A stretch of 46,268 bases of DNA from a virus (IMGVR_UViG_3300046779_000664:1-46268); one strand, 5' to 3'. Positions 1-10,448 are shown, counted from the first letter of the stretch. Notes: a model not told the origin generated them from the sequence alone. Translations and numbers: made by a program.

Positions 1-99
1 TTCTTGTGCCGCATCGGGGATAACAATACCGCCTTTGGTAACTTTTTCTGGTTCGTCTCGTTGAACAATAACTCTATCATGAACAGGTTTTAGTAACAT
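1..99 (-). CDS. groES: Co-chaperonin GroES, 5' part only (runs off the window edge)
   Basis: Not in ORF track. Manual translation [33 protein letters not shown] matches the Cpn10 N-terminus (P.xDRV...T.GGI.IP); AGGAG RBS at 106-110; TAAATA on the minus strand at 121-126. Confidence 0.93.
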   Translation of the reverse strand, partial: MLLKPVHDRVIVQRDEPEKVTKGGIVIPDAAQE

Positions 100-176
100 A
101 TAAAACTCCTTTTCTACGGATATTTATGGGTCATATCTGCAATAAACAGCAGATTAGAGCAATAAATATTTTCCAA

Positions 177-794
177 ATGCAAAAACTTATATTTCCTACA
201 CGTATCGATATTCATGATTTGTCCGGCGAACCAGATTGGGAAAATTTAAAGAAACTAATACTTCAACACGAGCAACAAATTCGTCCTCATGGTTTAGTAA
301 GTGACGCTGGAAGCTCTTACGGAACACCAATGACTCCAATACTCAGCCACTTTAGCGTAAGAAATTTAAGAAAGAAGATAGAGGATTTGGCGAAACAATA
401 TGCGTTAGATATGCAAATGCCTCCTGTGCAAATAACTAATAGTTGGTTTAATATCATGGGTCAAGGTCAATCTGTTAAGCCACATAGGCACGAAGTAAGT
501 GTTTTTTCAGGAGCATTGTATGTTGAAGCGCCGGAAGGGTCGGTGCCTTTAAACTTCCATAGTCCGTTAGCACCTTGCAGAATGGCAGAAATGTTATTAG
601 GCTCTAATGACTTAAATGAAAATTTTCATTCAGTAGAATGTAAAGAAGGGCAACTAGTTTTATTTCCTAGTTGGCTGGAACACAGTACTAATGCTAATAA
701 AAGCGACAGGCGTGTAGTTGTTAGTTTCAATACAGAATACGGTCCACCGCATGTAGTCAGCGAAGTGTACAATCGCTGGCGCTTATCAAATTAA
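177..794 (+). CDS. Putative 2OG-Fe(II) oxygenase (TIGR02466 / 2OG-FeII_Oxy_5-like)
   Basis: SWFN...HRHE...SGALY...G.L.LFPSWL.H...R.V.SFN motifs; start moved from 126 to ATG 177, 8 nt after TAAATA at 163-168. Confidence 0.8.
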   Translation: MQKLIFPTRIDIHDLSGEPDWENLKKLILQHEQQIRPHGLVSDAGSSYGTPMTPILSHFSVRNLRKKIEDLAKQYALDMQMPPVQITNSWFNIMGQGQSVKPHRHEVSVFSGALYVEAPEGSVPLNFHSPLAPCRMAEMLLGSNDLNENFHSVECKEGQLVLFPSWLEHSTNANKSDRRVVVSFNTEYGPPHVVSEVYNRWRLSN

Positions 795-1220
795 ATCAAT
801 AACATCAAATATAGTTTGAAGTTTGGTTCTAATAGTTTTATTAGTAAAACTAGAACGCAATCCCTGATGTAACGGCTTTGGTGCACCGTCCATAGTAGCC
901 CATGCCCACCCAGAATGTTCTGCACTTAGCGTTGGAATAAATTCCTCTTCTATGACACACAAGTAAGTATGAAAGTTGAATACGCTGTCGTTGCTAACAA
1001 ACGATTCAATTGGAATGGTTTTTATAATTTTAGGCGATTGACCAATTTCTTCTTCGATTTCTCGTTGTAGTCCTTGCCACGCTGTTTCGCCTTCGTTGTT
1101 AGTACCGCCCACTAATCCCCAAGTGCCGGCATGTTTACCTTCTGCTTTTTGTAACAGTAGAAAACGTTTTGTAGTTTTGGCATAGAAAAGTGCGCCGGAG
1201 CAAACAATCTGATCCTTCAT
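786..1220 (-). CDS. NUDIX hydrolase
   Basis: Nudix box GGTNNEGETAWQGLQREIEEEIG. Confidence 0.9.
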   Translation of the reverse strand: MKDQIVCSGALFYAKTTKRFLLLQKAEGKHAGTWGLVGGTNNEGETAWQGLQREIEEEIGQSPKIIKTIPIESFVSNDSVFNFHTYLCVIEEEFIPTLSAEHSGWAWATMDGAPKPLHQGLRSSFTNKTIRTKLQTIFDVIDLI

Positions 1221-1233
1221 GCACTTACTTATT

Positions 1234-2700
1234 TTAGAATATTAAACGCCAAGTACCTTTAGGATATTCGCCTTCGAATGATTTTGTCCATTCACCGTCT
1301 AAAAACTTGTATTGAATACTAGTTCTTAAATTTGTAATGTAAACTGGAGTTCCTTCTAACTCAGGATCGGCAGGATCCAGTACAATTTCCCAATGTGTTC
1401 CAGCCCACTCGATAATACTGTTTGCTGGAGCGATAAAGTCTGTACCGTCTTGATTTTTCCAAGCATCGCCGCCGACGTAGTTTAATCCTTCGTTGACACC
1501 GTCGCCGATGTTATTCTCAACGTTGCCAATGCTTTCAAGAATAATATAACGAATAGCACCGTTAGAAACATCCGGCCAATCTAAATTGTTAGTACCGTTG
1601 ATACGAGGTCTAGGATTGAATCTAGTTGGATCGATAATTGCATCAACTGATCCTCGCAGTACACTATTGTTTGCATTAGCAATTAGTGTATTAGTTGGGA
1701 AAGTATCTGTGTCCCAATTTACATGAAGTATTGTGCTGTCGTCTGCATCTTCGCTAAGAGTCCCTACCACTTGGTTTCCACTTTCTTGAATTAAAAATAC
1801 TTGACTAACACCTGCTCTAAATTTTCCAGGATACTGTTCAAAGATATAGTTCCAACTAATATCAGCGCCTATCTTTGTAAACACTTGATCTGAAGTATCG
1901 TCTTCGCTAACAGGATTGATTCCTTTTAGTAAGGTTAGTTTGTTATTATATACTAATAAACCAAATCCGCCAACGTTATTATATTCTGTAGCAACAGGTT
2001 GCCCGTTGACAAAATCTGGTGTAACGTTGCCTGTAGCATCGAAAATATTCATCAACACATCTGTTACAACACCGAGTTTTTTAACTTTTGTCGGAGGACT
2101 AATCCATATAGGTGTTTCAAATGTTAGCGTACCAATGTCAATTTCTGTTTCATTACCCATAGGAATACTACGACTACTAAACGTAATGTCTGTTAACTCG
2201 ACAACAGTTAAACTAGTCCAGTCTAAAAAGTTATCAGTAGTTTGTATTTCTAGACTAGGATTAAACAACATTAAAATCTGCTCCATGATTTGTAATTTCA
2301 TGTCAGTGTTTGTTGTCCAGATATCTGCTTTAACTGTTAACTTATAAGGAGTTGGCATTAAACGCTCAACTGTATAGTTGTTGCCTTGCTTTTGAGTGTA
2401 CTCGCCTGTATTTTCGTCAAACTCTCTTTCGCGAATATGAACTTTGCTAACGTATGTTGCGTCACTTAATCTTGTTTTATCCATAGCAAGACCTGTAACA
2501 TAAACTGCAATACGTGGCGCACTTTGTAATTTGTTTTCGCTGTTATCTTTAATGACGGCACCGACTTGTCGTGTCATGTCGCCGTACATTACTGGTACAG
2601 TTTTTTGTGTGCCGTCTGCGGCTTGATACTTAAATCCGCTTAACATACGGATTGTTTGGCCGATGTATCTTCTTATTTGACCGTCATAAAACCATTGCAT
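1234..2700 (-). CDS. T4 gp15-like tail terminator / sheath stabiliser with C-terminal extension
   Basis: N-terminal FYD..IRRY...VPVMYG...P.PY.L....IW......QI.EQI...FNP resembles gp15; adjacent to the gp14-like gene. Confidence 0.7.
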   Translation of the reverse strand: MQWFYDGQIRRYIGQTIRMLSGFKYQAADGTQKTVPVMYGDMTRQVGAVIKDNSENKLQSAPRIAVYVTGLAMDKTRLSDATYVSKVHIREREFDENTGEYTQKQGNNYTVERLMPTPYKLTVKADIWTTNTDMKLQIMEQILMLFNPSLEIQTTDNFLDWTSLTVVELTDITFSSRSIPMGNETEIDIGTLTFETPIWISPPTKVKKLGVVTDVLMNIFDATGNVTPDFVNGQPVATEYNNVGGFGLLVYNNKLTLLKGINPVSEDDTSDQVFTKIGADISWNYIFEQYPGKFRAGVSQVFLIQESGNQVVGTLSEDADDSTILHVNWDTDTFPTNTLIANANNSVLRGSVDAIIDPTRFNPRPRINGTNNLDWPDVSNGAIRYIILESIGNVENNIGDGVNEGLNYVGGDAWKNQDGTDFIAPANSIIEWAGTHWEIVLDPADPELEGTPVYITNLRTSIQYKFLDGEWTKSFEGEYPKGTWRLIF

Positions 2701-4307
2701 TAGTTGTCCGCCTGTGGTCTAAGAGCCTTGCTAAGGCTTTGTCTTTGTGTTACTACCTTGTCAAAGATAGTATATCTAATAACGCTGTTATCTGCTACAG
2801 GATGTCCAATAGTAAATCCTAAACTTCCGCCAACATCGTTAAGTGTAATTTTAGTTGCCTTGCTTTGTTCATTTAACCAAACTTCGACAAGGTAGTTTTT
2901 ATTGTAAGCAACGTTTGTAATTATGTCTACTGAGCTAGTATTCATAACTAAATCTTGTGTAATACCTCCGCTTTCCCAGATAGGATCGCCCAACAAGTCG
3001 ATATAAACAACATCTGCGGCAAGTTGATTAATACCGGATTTCTGTGTATTATTAACAAACGAAGTCTTTTGTGTTTGACGGTTATCGTCGCTGTTGCTCA
3101 TAGTCATGCGTACATTGTCTTCCTGTTTGACCCAACGTCTTCCATCGTATCTAAACATACGATTGGGTAAAAAGTCTGTACGTAAGAACATATCGCCTGT
3201 AGCCGCTCCACTAGGAAATTGTATTCCGAATCCAAATTGTGCAGACACTTGACCTTCTGGTATAGTAATGTCGTCGACATTGACCATAGGACCGTTAGGT
3301 GGTATTCCGTCGCCAATTAAGTAACCAGTGTAACCTTCTCTTAGCGGTAATGCGTTCGAATCAATAGTGTTATCGACGGCAATATTTTCATCTGAAGTAA
3401 CTAGTGTTAAGTCAACTTCACCTGTGTTTTCATCGACTTTTAATGTATAGTAGTGGGCAGTATCGTACCCGCTCTTAGGAGCATCTGCTTCTGCTTCTGC
3501 TATAACTGCATCATTGATTGCTTTTTCTTTTTCGTACGTGCTCATTAAATCACGTAAAGTATCTGTGGTACTAATTGTATAGTAATCTGCCCATTCGTCG
3601 GTAACAGTTGGCTCGATACTAGTAGTGGTTACTCCCGGAATATTACCAACAATTTCTTGTGTTACTTCATATAACACACCTTTGTATTTTACAATTTGAC
3701 CAGGGTAGTAATTTGCTAATGGGTCGTAGTCTCCAGCAAAATTATCTATTTCTGCCGGACGATCCAAAATGTCTTTGTATTCTTGACTATCGACTATGCT
3801 CTTTAATTTTACACGATATAAGTGTGGATACCAGGTAGCACTAAATCCTTCTGCGGCACGGTTTACGTCCTCTACTACGTAAAAACGTTTTAGTGCTGTG
3901 GCATAATCGTTTGCCGCATACTCATCTTTTAAGTTAGGCAATTCTATAACGTCACCTGGCATAATTTTACGTCCTAGCATATCAACACTACTGTTAATAT
4001 GAATAGTCATAAAAATTGTATCGTTGCTCAAGAATAAACCAAACTGACTTAAATTAAAATCAATATCTTGTGTTTGATAGTGTCCGCGAAGTGTGTAAAC
4101 ATCTGGATCGTATTTTCTATCACGATTTTCTAAGAACAGCAAATCTTGGATTTGTGTGTGATCTTTTACAGTTGTTCCGTCGTCTGTGCCCACATATTTG
4201 TGTACAAAGACGTCGACACCGCCCACTTGAAACATCTCGTAGACTGTGCGGTCGAAAAACTTGTAATCCTGTGTTTTTTCGGGTCTATAAAGGCTTAATC
4301 TTGGCAT
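2700..4307 (-). CDS. T4 gp14-like neck / head-closure protein with extra domains
   Basis: E....GGVDV.VHKY, LSQFGL...D.IFM.IH, GDVIELP motifs; structural gene context. Confidence 0.62.
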   Translation of the reverse strand: MPRLSLYRPEKTQDYKFFDRTVYEMFQVGGVDVFVHKYVGTDDGTTVKDHTQIQDLLFLENRDRKYDPDVYTLRGHYQTQDIDFNLSQFGLFLSNDTIFMTIHINSSVDMLGRKIMPGDVIELPNLKDEYAANDYATALKRFYVVEDVNRAAEGFSATWYPHLYRVKLKSIVDSQEYKDILDRPAEIDNFAGDYDPLANYYPGQIVKYKGVLYEVTQEIVGNIPGVTTTSIEPTVTDEWADYYTISTTDTLRDLMSTYEKEKAINDAVIAEAEADAPKSGYDTAHYYTLKVDENTGEVDLTLVTSDENIAVDNTIDSNALPLREGYTGYLIGDGIPPNGPMVNVDDITIPEGQVSAQFGFGIQFPSGAATGDMFLRTDFLPNRMFRYDGRRWVKQEDNVRMTMSNSDDNRQTQKTSFVNNTQKSGINQLAADVVYIDLLGDPIWESGGITQDLVMNTSSVDIITNVAYNKNYLVEVWLNEQSKATKITLNDVGGSLGFTIGHPVADNSVIRYTIFDKVVTQRQSLSKALRPQADN

Positions 4308-4364
4308 AGTAATATATTTATCGCTACGATAAATACTGATAACGAGCTTTCCGGGACGAAAAAC

Positions 4365-4643
4365 ATGGCAAAACTAACAATTAACGTGGGTTCAGCAGTA
4401 AACGCTAAAGATGGCGATACTGTTCGAGACGCTTTTAACAAAGTTAATCAAAACTTTACAGAATTATACGTTCTTGCAGGGCAAGGTTCTGCGGCAGAAC
4501 TAGAAGAACTAGCGCAAGATTATGCGGCAGCAATGTTCACTAACGGTACACACAGTGGTATAACAGCCACGTACGAAGATGCAGACAATAAGTTGAATCT
4601 AACAATTTCGATTGACGGCGGTAATGCCGCAACCACATATTAA
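4365..4643 (+). CDS. Small virion protein with T4 gp9/gp10-type N-terminal motif
   Basis: INVGSAVNAKDGDTVRDAFNKVNQNFTELY motif; ends in IDGG. Confidence 0.65.
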   Translation: MAKLTINVGSAVNAKDGDTVRDAFNKVNQNFTELYVLAGQGSAAELEELAQDYAAAMFTNGTHSGITATYEDADNKLNLTISIDGGNAATTY

Positions 4644-4655
4644 CGAGGAATAAAA

Positions 4656-5171
4656 ATGGCAACGCAGATTAAATTAAGACGAGATACTGCCGCAAACTGG
4701 GTATTAGAAGACCCAATATTAGCAGAAGGAGAACCAGGATACGAAACTGACACTGGACTGCTTAAACTAGGCGATGGCGCCACTACATGGTTGAATTTAT
4801 CTTATCTTAATAATAATTCTATTCAGAATAACACAGTATGCCCAGCAGGTGTTGAAACAGTAATTTACACATCAACAGGATCTTTGAAACACGCTATTAA
4901 ATTGTTTGTTATGGTTGAAGGACCAGACGGATTAAACGGCGCAACATGGGAAACACAGGCTTGCGATATTATTGCTGTTAAAGGATATGTGGATAACATT
5001 GTGTCTGTATCTGCTTATGGTGTAACATACTCCAGCGCCGCAACATTGGCAACATTTGACGGACAGTGGAACGCACTTACTAGTAGAATAGAAATTACCT
5101 GTCAACCAACTAGCCTTACAGATAGTGTAGTTGCTTCTGTACAAGCAATTGAATTAACTTCGAACGATTAA
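4656..5171 (+). CDS. Tail fibre-associated protein with Mtd_N-like (hyaluronidase N-terminal) domain
   Basis: IKLRRDTAANW...PILAEGEPGYETDTG..KLGDG...W..L.Y; GAGG RBS. Confidence 0.75.
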   Translation: MATQIKLRRDTAANWVLEDPILAEGEPGYETDTGLLKLGDGATTWLNLSYLNNNSIQNNTVCPAGVETVIYTSTGSLKHAIKLFVMVEGPDGLNGATWETQACDIIAVKGYVDNIVSVSAYGVTYSSAATLATFDGQWNALTSRIEITCQPTSLTDSVVASVQAIELTSND

Positions 5172-5184
5172 GGAATAATATAAT

Positions 5185-8100
5185 ATGGCAAAGAAAGCAT
5201 TTGAAATACAAGGTAGCGATTTATCCTTAGGTGGCGTTAATTTACAAGCAGGTACAACCGGTGTTGTTATTCCTGGCGTTACACAGGCAGCAAACTACTT
5301 TGTAGAAGAAGTTGAAGATGTAGACGGAGTCAATCCGGACACATTTGGCAGTGACACCGAAGCAGTGCAGTTGCTTGACAACGCTGCCTACTTGTTTAGA
5401 AGCGGCACACAAACACCTAGCGGCAGTTATTCTGAAGCAGGTTATAGCGTTCAAGAACTAGAAGACGGTGAGATTGAAGAAATCTATGTAGAAGTAGACG
5501 GTGTGTTTACTAGTGCCGATAAAGCATTTGCTGAAGCAGGTAATATGTGGGCTACAACAGTACTTGATGCCAAGACTAACTTTAATGCTGGAGATTGGAC
5601 ACAGATTGCTTTCCGTCCTAAGATGCGAGCAGGTGAAGTTGAGAACGTCGGTGGTGGGAGCGGAAACTTAGAAGACATTACAGTATCTATCGGTGAAGGA
5701 GAAACTTCATTAAATCTTGCCAACAAAGATTTTACTATTAACACTACTAGAACAGAAGATCAAGATGCTGACATAAATCTTACTGCCGCAGACGACATTT
5801 TTATCACAGCACTAAACGATGATATTGTTCTTTACGCTAATGACCAAGTACACATTAACACAGATGATGAAAATCACGAATGGACATTTGATGCCAATGG
5901 TCATATCATATTCCCAGACGGTACAATACAAACAACAGCCTACACCGGACAAAGCGGTGGCTCTACTTCCGCATTATATGTTGCTGTTAACACTGATGGT
6001 AGAGCATTTACTTCTACTGATGGTTTATCTTGGACAGAATACACAACAAGTATGACTGGTGTAGGCAGAGTTGCTGTTGGTCCTGATATGATTGTATATA
6101 CTGCTAATGCGGTTGATGCGAGCAACGGTAACGATGATGCGTTATGGTACGCAACAACTGATGCTCCAGGAACAGTAACTGAAGTCACTGGGCTTCTAAA
6201 TATAACCATTAACCAAGTAAAATATTTTACTAACATTGCAAAATTTGTAGCAGTAGGGCAAAACGATTCTAACTTGCCAGTTATACTATACAGTTCTAAC
6301 GGCATTGATTGGACCACCGTAGATCTTGACTCTGGGTTTCTTGCTACACTTAATGGGGGCGCTGGATATTCAAGTGCCGCACAGTTCTATGATATTGAAA
6401 CTAACGGCACTGGATTCTTTCTAATTACTAGCGATAATAATCTAGGTGCTTTCTACACTACAGATATTACAACATCGATGGGAGCATCGCAGTGGATTGA
6501 CTTTAGCGACATTGGTAATAATGTAGCATTTTCTAAAATAGCATTTGTGGCTGCTGGAAGTTTTACAGGCTGGCACATAATGCAAAATGAAGATGACACC
6601 GATGACGCCTGGTACTATAATTCTAACACAAATCCGACAACTGGTAGTTTTAGTGTGTTTGCCCTAGCAGATGTAGGAAGTGAATTTGCTAATGAAATAA
6701 ACTACGAGCCGAGAATGTCAGAAGTTGTGTTCGGTGAATACAATAGTACTACAACTATTATGATTGCTACAGGTGACGGACAAATACTATACTGGCCCGC
6801 TGTTGAGAATGGACCGTGGGTCAGCATTCCTAAGCCATATACAGCAACAGATTTTGACATTACCTTGTCAAGTACGGCAACAATTACATTTGGTACTAAA
6901 ACCGCTAAAACTAATGAAAAGATTGTATTATCAAATTGTACTCCGTCAGGCTACAACGGAACATATTATGTTGGCATTAACGATTTTTTATATACAACTT
7001 CTGATATGGGTACAGCATTTGATTCTTCTGGACTTGGCTCATTTGAATCAGGCACACTAACATTCAGTCACGGTCAGTTTATTGACGCACTACATTACAG
7101 CAACGGTGTGTTCTACGCTGGTAACGATGATGAAGAAATGTTTGTATCTACAAACGGTGGTGCTACTTGGATATTAACAGAATCATTTACTGGTAATCCA
7201 GGTGAACCTGAGTATATGAATGATATTGATTCTTATGTTACCGGTGGTACAATTAGTACAGGTGATATCACTTTTAATGGGGTAGACATAAGGGGTGCTA
7301 CAAATAACAATGCGCTTGGCAGTATTAATCTAGTACCCAATCCAGCACTAATGGTCAATGGACAGTATTTAGAAATTTACCCAACTAATGCAAATGATGC
7401 TCCACATATTCACATTGCCGCTGGCACAGGGCCAACCGGCATGGATGGCGACTTAATCTTAGGAAACGACAATCATCACGTTGATATTAATCATAGCGGA
7501 GAAGTTAGGATTCGTACATTTGATTCTGACACTTCTACTACCTATAATTGGCAGTTTGAAAACGATGGCGGCATGATATTTCCAACGCTAACTGTGCCTA
7601 TCAGCGATAACGCTACACCAAACGGCACTGGACAGACTATAAAATTTAGCGATCCGACTCAACAGGCAATCATTTACGGGCCAGCATCAACAGTTGATCT
7701 TGTAAATGCTGAACGTGTTATCATTCAAGGTGCTCCAGGTTATACTGGTACAACTGGCGAGGGCGGCGACGTTTACCTATGGGCAGGCCCAGGCGGCGAT
7801 GCAGGTGGTGATGGCGGCGATATTAAAATCCGTGCTGGCCGCGGACAACTTACTGGCTCAGGTGGATACTTAAACTTCCAAGCAGGACAAAGTGGCACTG
7901 GCTACGGCGGCTATATTAACATTGAAAGTGGTTCATCTAACACATTTGGCCAAGGCGGCCCTATCACTATCGATGCTCACAGCGGTGCTCAAATTACACT
8001 ACGCACATACAACTCAGAAGGTAACAGTAGAGATTTAATACTTAGTAATGCTGGTACTCTAACACTCCCAGGTGCAGTAGTTAAAAGTACAGTAGAAAAA

Positions 8101-8661
8101 GTTGGTGCTGATATTAATGCGAATAATGTAGTGTTTGTAGTCACAGCAGTTGACGGGCTCGGAGCAGTAACTGAATTAACAGTAACTAACAGTCCTAATC
8201 CTGCTTGGGTTACTGGCACAAGCGGAATTAGTCTAACCGATGTTGACTTTACTGTAAGTTTTGATGGTTCTGGAAACGCTTCGGTTGTGGTGAACAGTAG
8301 TGGTAATGGGCACTCTGTTAGTGAAACATTTTATCTACAACCAAACGCTGTTGGAGCAGTAGCACCAACGCCAACAGCGTTAGACTTAACTAAGAGCATT
8401 AATAAACTTACTAACAATATTAACGACAACGACTATACCCTAGCCGATGGCGTCGAAGGGCAGATTATGTATCTAGTTCCTACCCCAAACACAGTAGATC
8501 CAACAGATATTAGAGTATTAGTTAACCATGCTCGCAACGGGGGAACACAGTCGTTGAACGCATACCTATGTCCGTTTGGCCTTAACACTTTTACAGGTAG
8601 TATTTGTACATTGATCTTTACAGATAGTCACTGGCAACAAGTTGGCGGCAACTGGGTTTAA
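5185..8661 (+). CDS. Large tail fibre / receptor-binding protein (BNR-like beta-propeller segment, Gly-rich beta repeats)
   Basis: 1158 aa, G/T/S/N-rich; STDGLSW, SSNGIDW and STNGGATW Asp-box repeats; FPDGTIQTTA fibre motif; GG.(I/V).I.AG repeats. Confidence 0.7.
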   Translation: MAKKAFEIQGSDLSLGGVNLQAGTTGVVIPGVTQAANYFVEEVEDVDGVNPDTFGSDTEAVQLLDNAAYLFRSGTQTPSGSYSEAGYSVQELEDGEIEEIYVEVDGVFTSADKAFAEAGNMWATTVLDAKTNFNAGDWTQIAFRPKMRAGEVENVGGGSGNLEDITVSIGEGETSLNLANKDFTINTTRTEDQDADINLTAADDIFITALNDDIVLYANDQVHINTDDENHEWTFDANGHIIFPDGTIQTTAYTGQSGGSTSALYVAVNTDGRAFTSTDGLSWTEYTTSMTGVGRVAVGPDMIVYTANAVDASNGNDDALWYATTDAPGTVTEVTGLLNITINQVKYFTNIAKFVAVGQNDSNLPVILYSSNGIDWTTVDLDSGFLATLNGGAGYSSAAQFYDIETNGTGFFLITSDNNLGAFYTTDITTSMGASQWIDFSDIGNNVAFSKIAFVAAGSFTGWHIMQNEDDTDDAWYYNSNTNPTTGSFSVFALADVGSEFANEINYEPRMSEVVFGEYNSTTTIMIATGDGQILYWPAVENGPWVSIPKPYTATDFDITLSSTATITFGTKTAKTNEKIVLSNCTPSGYNGTYYVGINDFLYTTSDMGTAFDSSGLGSFESGTLTFSHGQFIDALHYSNGVFYAGNDDEEMFVSTNGGATWILTESFTGNPGEPEYMNDIDSYVTGGTISTGDITFNGVDIRGATNNNALGSINLVPNPALMVNGQYLEIYPTNANDAPHIHIAAGTGPTGMDGDLILGNDNHHVDINHSGEVRIRTFDSDTSTTYNWQFENDGGMIFPTLTVPISDNATPNGTGQTIKFSDPTQQAIIYGPASTVDLVNAERVIIQGAPGYTGTTGEGGDVYLWAGPGGDAGGDGGDIKIRAGRGQLTGSGGYLNFQAGQSGTGYGGYINIESGSSNTFGQGGPITIDAHSGAQITLRTYNSEGNSRDLILSNAGTLTLPGAVVKSTVEKVGADINANNVVFVVTAVDGLGAVTELTVTNSPNPAWVTGTSGISLTDVDFTVSFDGSGNASVVVNSSGNGHSVSETFYLQPNAVGAVAPTPTALDLTKSINKLTNNINDNDYTLADGVEGQIMYLVPTPNTVDPTDIRVLVNHARNGGTQSLNAYLCPFGLNTFTGSICTLIFTDSHWQQVGGNWV

Positions 8662-8693
8662 TTAAAACGGTAAATACTCAAAAGAGATAATTC

Positions 8694-9470
8694 ATGCCAA
8701 CTACAGAAATTAACGAACTACAACAAGCAAAAACAGCAGTCTACGACTACTGTCGTAACATGCTGGGTGACGGCATGGTTGATGTTGAATTAGATCCTAA
8801 GCACTATGAAACAGCATTAGAACGTGCTCTTGGAAAGTACAGACAGAGAGGCGACAGCTCAGTAGAAGAAAGTTATATGTTCTTAACAACTGTTGAAGAT
8901 CAAAACACATACATACTGCCTAAAGAGGTTATAGAAGTACGTCAAATATTCCGTCGTAGCATTGGTTCTAGAACTGGTAGCGGATCGGGTGGTACAATAT
9001 TTGAACCATTTAACCTAGCCTACACAAACACATATTTGCTATCAAGCTCTAATATGGGCGGTATCTTAACCTACGAACTATTTGCTCAGTACCAAGAAAT
9101 GATTGGTCGTATGTTTGGCAGTTTCATTGAATTTAAATGGCATAGTCAAACACACAAACTGACACTATTGCAACGTCCACGCAATTCGGACGAAGAGTTA
9201 TTACTCTACTGCTATAACTACCGCCCTGATATTAGCATCTTAAATGACGTTTATGCCGCACAATGGATCAAAGACTACACTCTAGCAAACTGTAAACTGA
9301 TGCTAGGACAAGCACGTGAAAAGTTTGCTCAAATTGCAGGCCCACAAGGTGGAACTAGTCTTAATGGCGCCGCAATGAAAACCGAAGCCACTACAGAAAT
9401 TGAAAATCTTGAAAAAGATTTGGTAACACAAGTTGCCGGCGGACGCGGTTATACTTTCATAATAGGTTGA
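8694..9470 (+). CDS. T4 gp13-like neck protein
   Basis: YC..MLG..MVDVEL, WIKDYTLA..K...G....KF...GP.GG..LNG motifs. Confidence 0.8.
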   Translation: MPTTEINELQQAKTAVYDYCRNMLGDGMVDVELDPKHYETALERALGKYRQRGDSSVEESYMFLTTVEDQNTYILPKEVIEVRQIFRRSIGSRTGSGSGGTIFEPFNLAYTNTYLLSSSNMGGILTYELFAQYQEMIGRMFGSFIEFKWHSQTHKLTLLQRPRNSDEELLLYCYNYRPDISILNDVYAAQWIKDYTLANCKLMLGQAREKFAQIAGPQGGTSLNGAAMKTEATTEIENLEKDLVTQVAGGRGYTFIIG

Positions 9471-9495
9471 CACAATAATCCGACGACTATAAAAT
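9467..9495 (+). promoter_or_regulatory. Sigma70-type promoter for the dNMP kinase gene
   Basis: TTGACA (9467-9472), 17 nt spacer, TAAAAT (9490-9495). Confidence 0.7.
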
Positions 9496-9517
9496 ATAGC
9501 ATCACCACGGAGGCTAT

Positions 9518-10192
9518 ATGATTATTGGAGTATGCGGTTTTATCGGATCTGGCAAAGATACTATTGCCGATTATCTTGTTAATTTTCACGAGTTTAGAAG
9601 AGAAAGTTTTGCTAACACGCTAAAAGATGCTGTGTCGGCAGTTTTTGGCTGGGACAGAGTTTTACTAGAAGGGCGCACAAAGCAAGCCCGCGAATGGCGA
9701 GAACAAGTAGATCCGTGGTGGGCAGAACGATTGGATATGCCCAATCTTACTCCACGTTTAATGCTACAGTTATGGGGCACTGAAGTATGTCGTAAAGGGT
9801 TCCACGACGATATTTGGATTGCTAGTTTAGAGAACAAACTACGTAATAGTAAGGACGATGTTGTTATCAGCGACTGTCGGTTCCCTAATGAAATTTCTAG
9901 TATTAAAAAGGCAGGCGGAAAAATTGTCTGGGTCCAGCGTGGCGAACTTCCTGCTTGGTACAATATAGCCGTCGAAGCAAATAACGGCCATAATCTTGCA
10001 ATGCAAGAACTAAAGCGTATAGGTATTCACGCTAGTGAAACTTCTTGGGTAGGCACAGATTTTGATTATGTACTAGATAACAATGGCAGTATTGACGAGT
10101 TGTATCAGCAAATTAAAAATCGGGTGTTAGATCGCCCTGACGCCAACGAACGCCCTCTTTATGTAGGAATCGCTGACAGTTTGCACATATAG
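9518..10192 (+). CDS. Deoxynucleoside monophosphate kinase (T4 gp1-like)
   Basis: P-loop GFIGSGKDT, SFA..LK, TPR..LQ..GTE, DCRFPNE, H.SE motifs; GGAGG RBS. Confidence 0.9.
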   Translation: MIIGVCGFIGSGKDTIADYLVNFHEFRRESFANTLKDAVSAVFGWDRVLLEGRTKQAREWREQVDPWWAERLDMPNLTPRLMLQLWGTEVCRKGFHDDIWIASLENKLRNSKDDVVISDCRFPNEISSIKKAGGKIVWVQRGELPAWYNIAVEANNGHNLAMQELKRIGIHASETSWVGTDFDYVLDNNGSIDELYQQIKNRVLDRPDANERPLYVGIADSLHI

Positions 10193-10448
10193 TTTTAAGG
10201 TTTGCAGGTCGACAATTAGTTAAGTCACCGTCTATGTGGAACACATTAAACACTTCTTTGTGTTTACTTTTGTAGCCGCATTTTTCACAATAGTCCTTTT
10301 GTCTATAACCTAATCTATACCACAGTGGCACACCGGGACTAGTGCCACTGGCACAGCCGTCGCACTTGGTTCTATAGTAAGCTCTACCGTTCTTATAATA
10401 GTTAACGGCACAAGGCTTTTTTTGACATATCTTGCACAAAGGACGCAT
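10113..10448 (-). CDS. Small Zn-binding HNH-like endonuclease
   Basis: Several CxxC pairs; CEKCG...VFHIDGDLTNCRPANLKTICANC fits the HNH pattern; TAAATA 4 nt upstream. Confidence 0.72.
   Translation of the reverse strand: MRPLCKICQKKPCAVNYYKNGRAYYRTKCDGCASGTSPGVPLWYRLGYRQKDYCEKCGYKSKHKEVFNVFHIDGDLTNCRPANLKTICANCQRFLHKEGVRWRQGDLTPDF

Noticed and set aside
1916-2347. Antisense and alternative-frame ORFs in the track (e.g. 1916..2347, 5940..6317, 11968..12414, 24221..24574, 33045..33383, 34657..35097)
   Set aside because: They lie within well-supported genes, lack RBS or motifs, and are shadow ORFs
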